Assembly: GCA_045532295.1 (NCBI GenBank)
Contig: JAZSFP010000004.1
Span: 796 to 24,795, forward strand
From: Pumilibacteraceae bacterium
Lineage (GTDB): Bacteria > Bacillota > Clostridia > Christensenellales > Pumilibacteraceae
Length of the DNA: 24,000 nt
Direction of reading: 5' to 3'
Positions 1 through 8,237 of this stretch are shown here, piece by piece. Below the pieces are notes generated by a model. It did not search any database, was not told where the DNA came from, and was given only the letters and a program-made list of their open reading frames with translations. Every line of letters begins with the position of its first letter. The stretch's first letter is position 1. The translations under genes and the position numbers were made by a program.

Positions 1-932
1 CGGGTTACCGTGCCGTGAGCCGCCTCGTACTCAAATTTTCCGTCAGGTGAAACAAGAACGGAAGTCATCATTGCAAGCGAGCCGAAAGCAGAAGAAACCA
101 TATCACTCATAACGTCGCCGTCGTAATTTTTAAGCGCCCAAATAAATCCGCCGTTACTTCTGATAATACGCGCAACGGAGTCGTCGATGAGCGTGTAGTC
201 GTAGCGAATTCCTGCTTTTTCGAACTTTTCTTGATATTCGTTTTGGTAAATCTCGGCAAAAATATCCTTGAAACGATGGTCGTAGGTTTTGGATATCGTG
301 TCTTTGGTTGCAAACCACACGTCTTGCTTTACGGAAAGCGCGTAGTTAAAGCAAGAGCGCGCAAAGGAAGTAATGGACGCGTCAAGGTTGTGAATACCCT
401 GAATTACGCCTGCGCCGGTAAAGTCGGCAATCTTCTTTTTCTCTACTCTGCCGTCCTTGTAGGTTACCACGAGTTCCGCCGTAGCCTCGCCTTCAACCCT
501 AAGTTCACTGTTCTTGTAAACGTCGCCGTAAGCGTGACGGGCAATAGTAATGGGCTTAGTCCACGCAGGAACGTAGGGCTTAATGCCGTCAACGAGAATA
601 GGCGCGCGGAATACCGTTCCGTCAAGCGCCGCTCTTATCGTGCCGTTGGGGGAAAGCCACATCTTTGAAAGGTTATACTCCTCCACTCTTTGAGCGTTGG
701 GGGTAATGGTTGCGCACTTTACGCCAACCTTATATTTCTTTATAGCGTTCGCCGCGTCCACGGTAACTTGGTCTGCGGTTTTTTCGCGGTTGATAAGTCC
801 GAGGTCGTAAAACTCAGTGTTAAGTTCAACGAAAGGCTCGATTAAGATTTCCTTAATCCAGTCCCAAAGTATTCTCGTCATCTCGTCGCCTTGCATTTCT
901 ACGATAGGCGTTTTGTAAGTAATGCGTGCCAT
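1..932 (-). CDS. icd: NADP-dependent isocitrate dehydrogenase, IDH1/IDH2-like subfamily (N-terminal ~310 aa; continues off the left edge)
   Basis: Absent from the ORF track because it runs off the window. Hand translation of the minus strand from ATG (complement of 930-932) gives [28 protein letters not shown]...[11 protein letters not shown]...[10 protein letters not shown]...ARHAYGD...RFKDIF...[17 protein letters not shown]...[15 protein letters not shown]...EAAHGTVT. This is collinear with eukaryote-type NADP-IDH motifs. The track ORFs 107-313(-) and 231-668(+) are other-frame or antisense shadows. Confidence 0.9.
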   Translation of the reverse strand, partial: MARITYKTPIVEMQGDEMTRILWDWIKEILIEPFVELNTEFYDLGLINREKTADQVTVDAANAIKKYKVGVKCATITPNAQRVEEYNLSKMWLSPNGTIRAALDGTVFRAPILVDGIKPYVPAWTKPITIARHAYGDVYKNSELRVEGEATAELVVTYKDGRVEKKKIADFTGAGVIQGIHNLDASITSFARSCFNYALSVKQDVWFATKDTISKTYDHRFKDIFAEIYQNEYQEKFEKAGIRYDYTLIDDSVARIIRSNGGFIWALKNYDGDVMSDMVSSAFGSLAMMTSVLVSPDGKFEYEAAHGTVT

Positions 933-983
933 AATTTTGCTCCTTTTATATATCGTTAGTTAATTATATATCGTTTTGCCGTT

Positions 984-2240
984 TTAGTCAAGTTTATAGC
1001 CGTTGTTTTTTACGCTAAACTTCGCTTTAAAAAACGCGGTAAGCCCCTTTCTCATTTCGTCAATATCGCTTTTAAGCATCGTCTCAAGCGAAGAGTGCAT
1101 TGCAAGTTGGGGCGCGCCGATATCAACCGAAGGAATAGTAAGGTGTCGAAGGGAAATAGGTCCAAGCGTCGTTCCGCTCTTCATATCCGCTCGCGCGTAG
1201 TAACGCTGAACGGTAACGCCTGCCTTTTTCATAATCTCTTCAAAGAGCGAGGAAGTGAGCGCGGTAGAAGTGTACGCTCCGTTCCCGTTAAACTTAATAG
1301 CAATTCCTCCGCCCATAACCGTATTGCTTAGAGCGTCGGATAGTTCCGGGTGCGAGGGGTGAGTTGCGTGCGAGTTATCCGCGCTTACCATAAAGGATTT
1401 TGCGAGCATTTTATTAAAGTCTTCACCCTTGATTGTCAGCAAATTCGCTATACGGTATAGAGTTTTTTGCACAAAGTCGCCGTCCGCTCCGCTCGCACTC
1501 ATACTGCCAACCTCTTCGCTGTCCGCTAAAAATACGGCGTTTATTCCTTCCGCTACTTCGCTATCACATAGCGCGTAAAGAGAAGAGAAAACGCATACTC
1601 TATTGTCAAGTCCACGGCAAGAAATATACTCGTTTTCCGCGCCCGACGAGAACGCTTTTACGCCGTTTACGAGGTAAAGGTCGTAACCGAGAAGTTCACC
1701 CTCGCAAAGAGAGGCAAAATATTCTTCGCCTATTTTTTGAGAAAGTAGCGCGTTAAGGTCTTGGATTTTAATGCTCTCGCCGTCGTTTACCGAGCGATTG
1801 AGGTGGATTGCTACCGAGGGAATTACGAAGTTTTCCTTTGAACAGACGGGCTTTGAAATAATCTCGCCGTCTTTCTTGTAAACCACTCTTCCTGCTATTT
1901 TAAGAGGCGTGTCAATAAACGAACGCCAAATTCCTCCGCCGTAGTACTCGACGGCTATCTTTTTAGTATCCGTTCCGCTTACGCCGGGATTTTTAATCTT
2001 GAGCGCGCAGATATCAGTGTGCGCGGATACGATTTTGAACTTTCTCTCGCCTCCGCCCACTCTAAAGGCGATAAGCGCCGTGCCTCCGCGCGTAACGAAG
2101 TACTTTCCGCCCTCCTCGATTTTCCACTCTTCGTGTTCATAGAGGGGCGTAAAGCCTTGCTCTAATAGTATTTTTTCGCTCTCTTCCACCACTTGATACG
2201 CGGAAAACGAGCGGTCGATTGCGCTAATTATTCTTTCCAT
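984..2240 (-). CDS. M18-family metallo-aminopeptidase (aspartyl-aminopeptidase-like)
   Basis: 418 aa ORF. It has M18-like metal and catalytic motifs in the expected order: SAHTD, GLDNRVC, DSEEVGS, SADNSHATHP, LAMHS. GAGGAG lies 6 nt upstream of the ATG, and the gene directly follows the upstream gene's stop. Confidence 0.8.
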   Translation of the reverse strand: MERIISAIDRSFSAYQVVEESEKILLEQGFTPLYEHEEWKIEEGGKYFVTRGGTALIAFRVGGGERKFKIVSAHTDICALKIKNPGVSGTDTKKIAVEYYGGGIWRSFIDTPLKIAGRVVYKKDGEIISKPVCSKENFVIPSVAIHLNRSVNDGESIKIQDLNALLSQKIGEEYFASLCEGELLGYDLYLVNGVKAFSSGAENEYISCRGLDNRVCVFSSLYALCDSEVAEGINAVFLADSEEVGSMSASGADGDFVQKTLYRIANLLTIKGEDFNKMLAKSFMVSADNSHATHPSHPELSDALSNTVMGGGIAIKFNGNGAYTSTALTSSLFEEIMKKAGVTVQRYYARADMKSGTTLGPISLRHLTIPSVDIGAPQLAMHSSLETMLKSDIDEMRKGLTAFFKAKFSVKNNGYKLD

Positions 2241-2242
2241 TG

Positions 2243-3379
2243 CTAACTCCTCGTAGTCTTGATTGCTCCGCCTACCGTAAAGGCAGAGCCCTTGTCCTTG
2301 TAGCGAACGGGCGTATTCTTTTTAAGCGAACGAACGGTCTTGCCGTTGAGGTCAACAGAGGGAAGAGGCTTGCTTTCAAGTTGCTCTCTATCCCTAAAGC
2401 CAAGCAAAAGCAAGAACTCGTCCACCGTCATAAACTCAACCAAGTGGCCCTTTTTCGAGCGTTCGAGCGCTTGGCGTTGGCGCATACATTGAGGGTTTCC
2501 GCCCTTCTTTCGATAAAGAAAGATATCCGCCTCCGTCCCGTCGTTTATATATTCTCCGCCTCGATTGTAAATCTCTTTGATAATCTTGAGTAGCGAAGTA
2601 AAATTCCTGTTCTCGTAGCCAAAACTTATTGCGACTTTGCGGTTTTCGAGCGTTCTTTCATACCCCTCGTCGCCCGTAATTCGCTCTAAAACGCGCTTAA
2701 GCAGTTTGCGGTTCTTGTTGGACATATCGTTGGTGGTCAGTTTTTCGTCGCTGAGCATACGCTTGGGCTTGTCAAGTTCGACGTCGCCTCGCCTAATTCC
2801 CCCTCCGCCGTTCTGTTTTTTGAGCAGTTCCTCTACGCTAACGCCAAACTTTTCGCTCATCTTTACGAAAACCTGCTTAGTCATAAACGCGTCGGCGTCG
2901 GAGCGGTGTAAGTCCTCAACCGCCACTTCCAAGATTTCGCAAAGCCTATCAAGTCCTATATCCGTGCTTGGCGTTAAGCCTTCAACCTCGAGCGAGGGGA
3001 TAAAATGCTTGAAAAGTTGCTGGGTGTCCTTAAACTCGAAGTCGAAAACGGGCAGTTCGTAGCGAAGACAAGCGGTCTTGATAAAGCGCGCGTCGTTGTA
3101 CGCTGCGTGTCCGATATTCACTCGGTTTTTCGCGGTGAGTAAATCCTTAATCGTTTGGTAAAAATGCGGGAAGACGGGGGCTTTTTTGAAAGTTTTGGAA
3201 GGGTATGCAAGCGTAAAGCCCGCGCGTTTTTTCATAAGCGAAGACAAGATAGGCGTTTCGGGGTTTATGATAATATCTTCTCTCTTTACGAGGTTAAATT
3301 TCTCGTCGAAAAGAGTATAACCGAAAGTGCAAATATGTATGCCGTCAGAGCATTCTATGTCGAAAAACAAATATTCCAT
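2243..3379 (-). CDS. DEDDh (DnaQ-like) 3'-5' exonuclease domain protein with a C-terminal BRCT-like region
   Basis: 378 aa. The N-terminus carries FFDIECSD (ExoI D-x-E), HAAYNDARF (ExoII) and LHRSDADAF (ExoIII H-x4-D). The C-terminal ~90 aa (VAISFGYENRNF...IYNRGGEY...ADIFLY...VEFMTVDEFLLLLG) has a BRCT-like pattern; that part is inference. Confidence 0.7.
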   Translation of the reverse strand: MEYLFFDIECSDGIHICTFGYTLFDEKFNLVKREDIIINPETPILSSLMKKRAGFTLAYPSKTFKKAPVFPHFYQTIKDLLTAKNRVNIGHAAYNDARFIKTACLRYELPVFDFEFKDTQQLFKHFIPSLEVEGLTPSTDIGLDRLCEILEVAVEDLHRSDADAFMTKQVFVKMSEKFGVSVEELLKKQNGGGGIRRGDVELDKPKRMLSDEKLTTNDMSNKNRKLLKRVLERITGDEGYERTLENRKVAISFGYENRNFTSLLKIIKEIYNRGGEYINDGTEADIFLYRKKGGNPQCMRQRQALERSKKGHLVEFMTVDEFLLLLGFRDREQLESKPLPSVDLNGKTVRSLKKNTPVRYKDKGSAFTVGGAIKTTRS

Positions 3380-3391
3380 AACTTCTATTCA

Positions 3392-3420
3392 ATTATAGCA
3401 CAATTTATCTTTAATAACAA
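3392..3420 (-). promoter_or_regulatory. Sigma-70/SigA-type promoter for the exonuclease gene
   Basis: The minus strand reads TTGTTA-N17-TATAAT with TGc immediately upstream of the -10 (extended -10). Only 12 nt separate the -10 from the ATG at 3379, so the leader is very short or absent. Confidence 0.55.
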
Positions 3421-3449
3421 TCGTTTTAGGGGTAATACGCTCTTTTTAA

Positions 3450-3478
3450 TTGACAAAGATTGCGTATAATAGTAAAAT
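3450..3478 (+). promoter_or_regulatory. Sigma-70/SigA-type promoter for the RimK-like gene
   Basis: TTGACA (3450-3455), a 17 nt spacer, then TAAAAT (3473-3478). The predicted +1 at ~3485 coincides with the ATG at 3486. A second TATAAT at 3465-3470 lacks a good -35. Confidence 0.5.
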
Positions 3479-3485
3479 ATTATCT

Positions 3486-4355
3486 ATGAAAGGTTTGATA
3501 CTGACAAATGCATTTTTCAATTCGCCCGAGGCTGACTATCAACCCGCTCGGCTTTTAGAGGAGTTTTCCGCTCTCGGCGTTAGCGCTAATATAAAGCGCA
3601 ACGACTTTTTCCCTTTTTCCGTTGAGGACGGCTCGCTTAAACGCGAACTAAACTACGATTTTTGCGTGTATCTTGATAAGGACAAATATGTTTTGCGCGC
3701 TTTGGAAAAATGCCAAATCCCCACCTTTAACTGCGCCTCCGCTATCGAGGTTTGCGACGACAAAATGCTCACTGCTCTTGCTTTATCTAACGAGGGCGTG
3801 CCTATGCCCAAAACTCTCCCCGGACTTCTTTGCTACAACCAAAACGCCACCGTCACGGACGAGAGCGTAGAGAAAATTATATCGTCACTTTCCCTTCCGC
3901 TTATCGCCAAGGAAAGTTACGGAAGTCTTGGTAAATCTGTGTTCTTGGTAAAAACCAAAGCGGAACTTTTATCCGTTATGGAAAAACTAAAATGTAAGCC
4001 CCACCTTTTTCAAGAGTTTATCAAAGAGAGCAAGGGCAGGGACTTGCGCGTCATCGGTATAGGCGGAAAAGCGGTGGGCGCAATCGAGAGAAAGAACGAG
4101 GACGATTTCCGCTCTAATCTCTTCTCTGGAGGCACGGCAACGCCTATGCCCGTAACGGAAGAAATTAAGTCGCTTACAAGCAAGATTATGAGCGCGCTCT
4201 CGCTCGACTACTGCGGTATCGACCTACTCTTTTCAAAGGACGGCTATCTCGTTTGCGAAGTAAACTCCAACGCCTTTTTCGGAGGCTTTGAAAAAGCGAC
4301 TTCTATCAACGTTGCGCGTCTTTACGCCCAGCATATTTTAAGTAAATTGTCATAA
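3486..4355 (+). CDS. RimK-type ATP-grasp ligase (alpha-L-glutamate-ligase-like)
   Basis: ATP-grasp motifs are present: PLIAKESYGSLGKSVFLV, FQEFIKESKGRDLRVIGIGGKAVGAIER, YCGIDLLF...CEVNSNAFF. I moved the start from the track's TTG at 3450, which is the -35 hexamer, to ATG 3486 (MKGLILTN...). Confidence 0.75.
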   Translation: MKGLILTNAFFNSPEADYQPARLLEEFSALGVSANIKRNDFFPFSVEDGSLKRELNYDFCVYLDKDKYVLRALEKCQIPTFNCASAIEVCDDKMLTALALSNEGVPMPKTLPGLLCYNQNATVTDESVEKIISSLSLPLIAKESYGSLGKSVFLVKTKAELLSVMEKLKCKPHLFQEFIKESKGRDLRVIGIGGKAVGAIERKNEDDFRSNLFSGGTATPMPVTEEIKSLTSKIMSALSLDYCGIDLLFSKDGYLVCEVNSNAFFGGFEKATSINVARLYAQHILSKLS

Positions 4356-4362
4356 AAAAACG

Positions 4363-4397
4363 ATAACGGTTATGCTTTTTCGTAACATAGCCGTTAT
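4363..4397 (+). other. Intercistronic hairpin (12 bp stem, 11 nt loop), function unknown
   Basis: ATAACGGTTATG (4363-4374) pairs with CATAGCCGTTAT (4386-4397), including one G-U pair. No U-tract follows, and it sits 8 nt after the stop and ~20 nt before the next ATG. Confidence 0.3.
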
Positions 4398-4418
4398 GAA
4401 ATATTAGGAGGGGAAATT

Positions 4419-5225
4419 ATGTATAATCTTAGACACGGTTGTTCAATAGGTTTTAACGAATACTTTGAAGAGCGTTTAGAAGAGGCGGAAAAGGCGGGCT
4501 TTTACTCTCTTGAGTTTGGACTTTGCGCGCTTTGGTCGGACAGAGAAAAGGAAAAGGAGTTTTATAAAAACCTCCGCCCTGCTTTTGAAAAAATCAAGAA
4601 ATCTTCGCTCGTTCTCAACTCCGTGCATATATCGTTCGGGCTTGACTGGGAATTCTCTTCGCCAAACGAGGCGGTTAGGGTTAAGGCGATGAATAATCTT
4701 CGCGAAATTTTGCCCGTTATAAACGAATACGCGCCTAACTATTTGGTTATTCATCCCTCGTTCGAGCCCATCGACCCTGCTCTTCGCCAGGCGCATAAAA
4801 CCGCTCTCGTCGTATCCATTAACGAAATTAAGCAACTTACTTCGATAAAGATTGCTATTGAGAATTTGCCGAGGACTTGTTTATTTAACACCGCGGAAGA
4901 AGGACTTGAACTTCTTGAGCGCATAGGCGGAATTTACGCTTGCGTTGACGTAAATCACTTCCTCTTTGAAACTCCGCAAGAGGGCATTAGAAAACTCGGC
5001 AAGTATATAGTTACTACGCATATTTCCGACTACGATTTTATCGACGAGCGTCATCTTTTGCCCACTCGCGGTAAAATTGACTGGACGGCGGTCATTAAAG
5101 CCTTTGAAGAGGTGGGCTACGACGGAGTGTTCAACTCTGAAATCACGCTCGCACCTCGCACCGATATTACCGTTACCGCCGTTAAACGATGCTTTGAAAA
5201 CCTCTTTTTAACTGCAAACGAATAA
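4419..5225 (+). CDS. Xylose-isomerase-like TIM-barrel protein (sugar phosphate isomerase/epimerase, AP-endonuclease-2 fold)
   Basis: 268 aa with AGGAGGGG 7 nt upstream of the ATG. Family-typical strand-end residues are present (VIHP, IENL, CVDVNH, THISD, FNSEI). Confidence 0.7.
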   Translation: MYNLRHGCSIGFNEYFEERLEEAEKAGFYSLEFGLCALWSDREKEKEFYKNLRPAFEKIKKSSLVLNSVHISFGLDWEFSSPNEAVRVKAMNNLREILPVINEYAPNYLVIHPSFEPIDPALRQAHKTALVVSINEIKQLTSIKIAIENLPRTCLFNTAEEGLELLERIGGIYACVDVNHFLFETPQEGIRKLGKYIVTTHISDYDFIDERHLLPTRGKIDWTAVIKAFEEVGYDGVFNSEITLAPRTDITVTAVKRCFENLFLTANE

Positions 5226-5232
5226 ATTACGA

Positions 5233-5322
5233 CCCACGGCGCGTGTGGGCGACTTTTCGCGCCTTTGCGAAGGTTGGTTCACGAGTGTCTTTTCCGCGTA
5301 TAGGCTTTAGTAATTAAGATAC
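5233..5322. repeat. 90-bp direct repeat, copy 1
   Basis: Base-by-base comparison with 5536-5625 shows 88/90 identical. The mismatches are 5303 g vs 5606 t and 5318 g vs 5621 a, at an offset of 303 bp. Confidence 0.95.
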
Positions 5323-5535
5323 GCTCGACTGCACTCACTTCGTTCGTTCCGCTCGGTATGACGACCTTAATTTAGTAGTTGCACCAAATTGGGAGATTCT
5401 AGGCAGGCGCAAGCGCCCTTGGTCTTACGACCGCGCTCCATTGCATTTCGCTCCAGAATGACACGACCAAGCCGAGTGAAAGCACCACCCTTTACTGTCA
5501 TACCGACCGAGCCGTTAGGCGAGTGGAGTGTATCT
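5323..5535. repeat. 213-bp segment with imperfect terminal inverted repeats and internal repeats of the form tcgctc..atgac.cgacc (MITE-like or REP-like)
   Basis: The 5' end is gcactcacttcgttcgttccgctcggtatgac. The reverse complement of the 3' end is acactccactcgcctaacggctcggtcggtatgac. Related copies occur at ~5430-5475. There is no credible ORF. Confidence 0.45.
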
Positions 5536-5625
5536 CCCACGGCGCGTGTGGGCGACTTTTCGCGCCTTTGCGAAGGTTGGTTCACGAGTGTCTTTTCCGC
5601 GTATATGCTTTAGTAATTAAAATAC
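5536..5625. repeat. 90-bp direct repeat, copy 2
   Basis: See copy 1. This copy directly abuts the bidirectional terminator. Confidence 0.95.
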
Positions 5626-5630
5626 AAAAA

Positions 5631-5665
5631 AACCTCAAGTTTTTACGCTTGAGGTTTTCTTTTTA
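5631..5665. terminator. Bidirectional rho-independent terminator between convergent genes
   Basis: AACCTCAAG (5631-5639) pairs with CTTGAGGTT (5648-5656) around an 8 nt loop. An A-run precedes it and TTTTCTTTTT follows. It ends the minus-strand train after the gamma subunit gene and the plus-strand unit from the left. Confidence 0.8.
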
Positions 5666-6196
5666 TTAGTAATTATAACCGAGCATTACTGCTTTGAGGT
5701 TTATTTCGATAAGGTCGGCTTTCTTGGGGGGAACGACTTTTTTCATAGCCTCTTCTAAGCCCTCGATAGAAACGACGCCACTCTCTTTGATGACTTTGCC
5801 GAGCATAATCATATTAGCGAGGGTGGGCGCGCCCATATCCTTCGCCATTTTGGTAGCGGGAATATAGAAAGCGTTAACGTCTTCTCTTGCCACTTTTCTT
5901 TCTATAAGCGTGCTATCAACGACGATTACCGAGCCTGCAACCGCCTCGTTTTCGTATTTATCGAGCGAGGGAAGGTTCATTGCGATTAAGATATCGGGGT
6001 TAGACACGATGGGCGAGCCAACGGGTTCGTCGGAAATGATGATACTGCAGTTTGCCGTACCGCCACGCATTTCAGGACCGTAAGAGGGCAACCAACTTAC
6101 TTGCTTATCCTCGAAAAGTCCCTTGTACGCCAAGAACTTACCTGCAAAGAGTACGCCTTGACCGCCAAAGCCTGCAATTAAGATTTGTTTCGTCAT
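5666..6196 (-). CDS. 2-oxoacid:ferredoxin oxidoreductase, gamma subunit (VOR/KOR type)
   Basis: 176 aa with the N-terminal [14 protein letters not shown] motif typical of OFOR gamma subunits. It is the last gene of the delta-alpha-beta-gamma cluster. Confidence 0.85.
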   Translation of the reverse strand: MTKQILIAGFGGQGVLFAGKFLAYKGLFEDKQVSWLPSYGPEMRGGTANCSIIISDEPVGSPIVSNPDILIAMNLPSLDKYENEAVAGSVIVVDSTLIERKVAREDVNAFYIPATKMAKDMGAPTLANMIMLGKVIKESGVVSIEGLEEAMKKVVPPKKADLIEINLKAVMLGYNY

Positions 6197-6200
6197 AGTC

Positions 6201-6953
6201 TTAGTCCTCCTTCTTCGCGCTTCTGTCCTTGTAAACGCCTAAGGGATAATAGGGGAGCATTTTCTCCTCTACCCACTCAAGCGCCTTTTGAGGCGTCATA
6301 CCCCAGTTGGTAGGGCAAGAAGAAACGACTTCGATAAGCGAAAAGCCTTTGCCTTCAACTTGGTTACGGAACGCTTTAAGGATTGCCTTTTTAGCGTTCT
6401 TTACGTTTTTAACGGAGTTAACTGCAACGCGCTCAATATATTCAGGACCGTCCAAGGTTGCGAGCATTTCGCTAACTCTAATGGGGAAGCCCTGCGTTGC
6501 GGTATCACGACCGTAGGGGGAGGTTTGCGTTACCTGACCGGGAAGGGAGGTAGGCGCCATTTGTCCGCCCGTCATACCGTAGATAGCGTTGTTTACGAAG
6601 ATAATCGTGATATTCTCGCCTCTGGTTGCTGAGTGTACCGTTTCCGCCATACCGATAGAGGCAAGGTCGCCGTCGCCTTGGTAAGTAAATACGATATTTT
6701 CGGGCATACAGCGTTTAAGTCCCGTTGCAACCGCGGGCGCGCGTCCGTGAGCCGCCTCTAACATATCGCAAGTAAAGTAGTCGTAAGCCATAACCGCGCA
6801 ACCAACGGGCGCAACGCCAATGGTCTTACCTTCAATGCCAAGTTCTTCAATAGCCTCCGCTACGAGACGGTGAATAATACCGTGAGTACAGCCCGGGCAG
6901 TAATGCAAGGGCGTATCGGTGAGCGTAGAGGGTTTTTTAAATACGATAGCCAT
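6201..6953 (-). CDS. 2-oxoacid:ferredoxin oxidoreductase, beta (TPP-binding) subunit
   Basis: 250 aa with CPGCTHG and the TPP motif GDGDLASIG...NNAIYGMTGGQ. Its ATG overlaps the alpha subunit stop (TAATG), and AAGGAGG lies within the alpha 3' end. Confidence 0.9.
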   Translation of the reverse strand: MAIVFKKPSTLTDTPLHYCPGCTHGIIHRLVAEAIEELGIEGKTIGVAPVGCAVMAYDYFTCDMLEAAHGRAPAVATGLKRCMPENIVFTYQGDGDLASIGMAETVHSATRGENITIIFVNNAIYGMTGGQMAPTSLPGQVTQTSPYGRDTATQGFPIRVSEMLATLDGPEYIERVAVNSVKNVKNAKKAILKAFRNQVEGKGFSLIEVVSSCPTNWGMTPQKALEWVEEKMLPYYPLGVYKDRSAKKED

Positions 6954-8014
6954 TATTTAACCTCCTTCGACATCTTTTCGATGCTTGCAAGCACCTCGTC
7001 GGGCGAGGGCAACATACCACCCGTTCTGCTCGTGAGCCATACGGGGCGTTTGCACTCGGTCGCAAGGCGAATATCTTCAATCATTTGACCCATAGAAAGT
7101 TCTACGGAAATAAAGCCTTTAACCTGCTCTGCGGTCTTTTTCAAAACTTCGGTGGGGAAAGGCCAAAGCGTAATGGGGCGAATAAGTCCCACTTTTACGC
7201 CTTTCTTTCTCGCTGCGGTTACCGCGTTTTTGGAAATTCTTGCCGCGATACCGAACGCTACTACGCAGTACTCCGCGTCGTCCATCATATAACTTTCGTA
7301 TAAAACTTCGTCCTTATGGATTTTAGCGTACTTTTCAAAGCGTTCAATATTCGTCTTTTCCAAAATCTCGGGTTTAAGATAGAGCGAATTGATAATATTA
7401 TGCTTTCTCTCGCCCTTAGTTCCGTTAGCAGCCCAAGGCTTTTCAACGGGCGTAGAATTACTCTCGGGGATAGAAACGGGCTCCATCATTTGTCCCATAG
7501 TTCCGTCTGCAAGTAGCATTACGGGCATACGGTATTTGTCCGCTAAGTCGAACGCCTTAATCGTATAGTCCGCCATCTCTTGAACGGAGGCAGGGGCAAG
7601 CACTATAAGATGATAGTCGCCGTGTCCACCGCCCTTGGTCGCTTGGAAGTAGTCCGACTGCGAGGGCTGAATACCACCAAGACCGGGACCGCCACGCTGA
7701 ACGTTGACGATAAGCGCGGGAAGGTCTGCGCCGGCTATGTAGGAAATACCCTCTTGTTTAAGGGAAATTCCGGGGCTTGAAGAGGAAGTCATTACTCTAA
7801 AGCCTGCGCCTGCAACGCCGTAAACCATATTGATTGCGGAAACTTCGCTCTCAGCCTGCAAGAATACTCCACCGATTTTGGGCATACGCTTAGCCATATA
7901 AGCGGCAATCTCCGTTTGAGGCGTGATGGGATAACCAAAGTAGTGTCTGCAACCTGCTTTAATAGCCGCTTCCGCTATCGCCTCGTTACCTTTCATTAAA
8001 ACTTTTTCAGCCAT
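6953..8014 (-). CDS. 2-oxoacid:ferredoxin oxidoreductase, alpha subunit
   Basis: 353 aa. The N-terminus reads KGNEAIAEAAIKAGCRHYFGYPITPQTEI, followed by the internal motif VQRGGPGLGG, both typical of OFOR alpha subunits. Confidence 0.9.
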   Translation of the reverse strand: MAEKVLMKGNEAIAEAAIKAGCRHYFGYPITPQTEIAAYMAKRMPKIGGVFLQAESEVSAINMVYGVAGAGFRVMTSSSSPGISLKQEGISYIAGADLPALIVNVQRGGPGLGGIQPSQSDYFQATKGGGHGDYHLIVLAPASVQEMADYTIKAFDLADKYRMPVMLLADGTMGQMMEPVSIPESNSTPVEKPWAANGTKGERKHNIINSLYLKPEILEKTNIERFEKYAKIHKDEVLYESYMMDDAEYCVVAFGIAARISKNAVTAARKKGVKVGLIRPITLWPFPTEVLKKTAEQVKGFISVELSMGQMIEDIRLATECKRPVWLTSRTGGMLPSPDEVLASIEKMSKEVK

Positions 8015-8026
8015 AATTCGTTCTCC

Positions 8027-8233
8027 TTATCTTTCCACCGTAATCGCGCAGTCGGGACACATCGTAGCGCAGAAAGCGCAACCGATACACGCCTCTTGGT
8101 TGATAACCTCCGCAGGCGAGTGTCCTTTCGCGTTGAGGACGGTCTTGCTAAGTTCAATAATCTTCTTTGGGCAAGCGTGAACGCAAAGTCCACAACCCTT
8201 GCACACGTTTACTTCAATCGTAACTTTTGCCAT
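8027..8233 (-). CDS. 2-oxoacid:ferredoxin oxidoreductase, delta subunit (2x[4Fe-4S] ferredoxin)
   Basis: 68 aa with two CxxCxxCxxxCP motifs (CKGCGLCVHACP and CIGCAFCATMCP). Confidence 0.9.
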   Translation of the reverse strand: MAKVTIEVNVCKGCGLCVHACPKKIIELSKTVLNAKGHSPAEVINQEACIGCAFCATMCPDCAITVER

Positions 8234-8237
8234 TGTC

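Noticed and set aside
231-668. 145-aa plus-strand ORF and the 68-aa minus-strand ORF at 107-313
   Set aside because: Both overlap the clearly conserved icd reading frame, which runs on the minus strand and is open from 932 to the window edge. Neither has an RBS or recognisable motifs.
5233-5625. Possible CRISPR array, or small protein genes (ORFs 5367-5585 minus and 5389-5613 plus)
   Set aside because: There are only two repeat copies and they are 90 bp long, with no cas genes and no regular spacer pattern. The ORFs have no RBS and are translations of the palindromic repeat itself in both directions.
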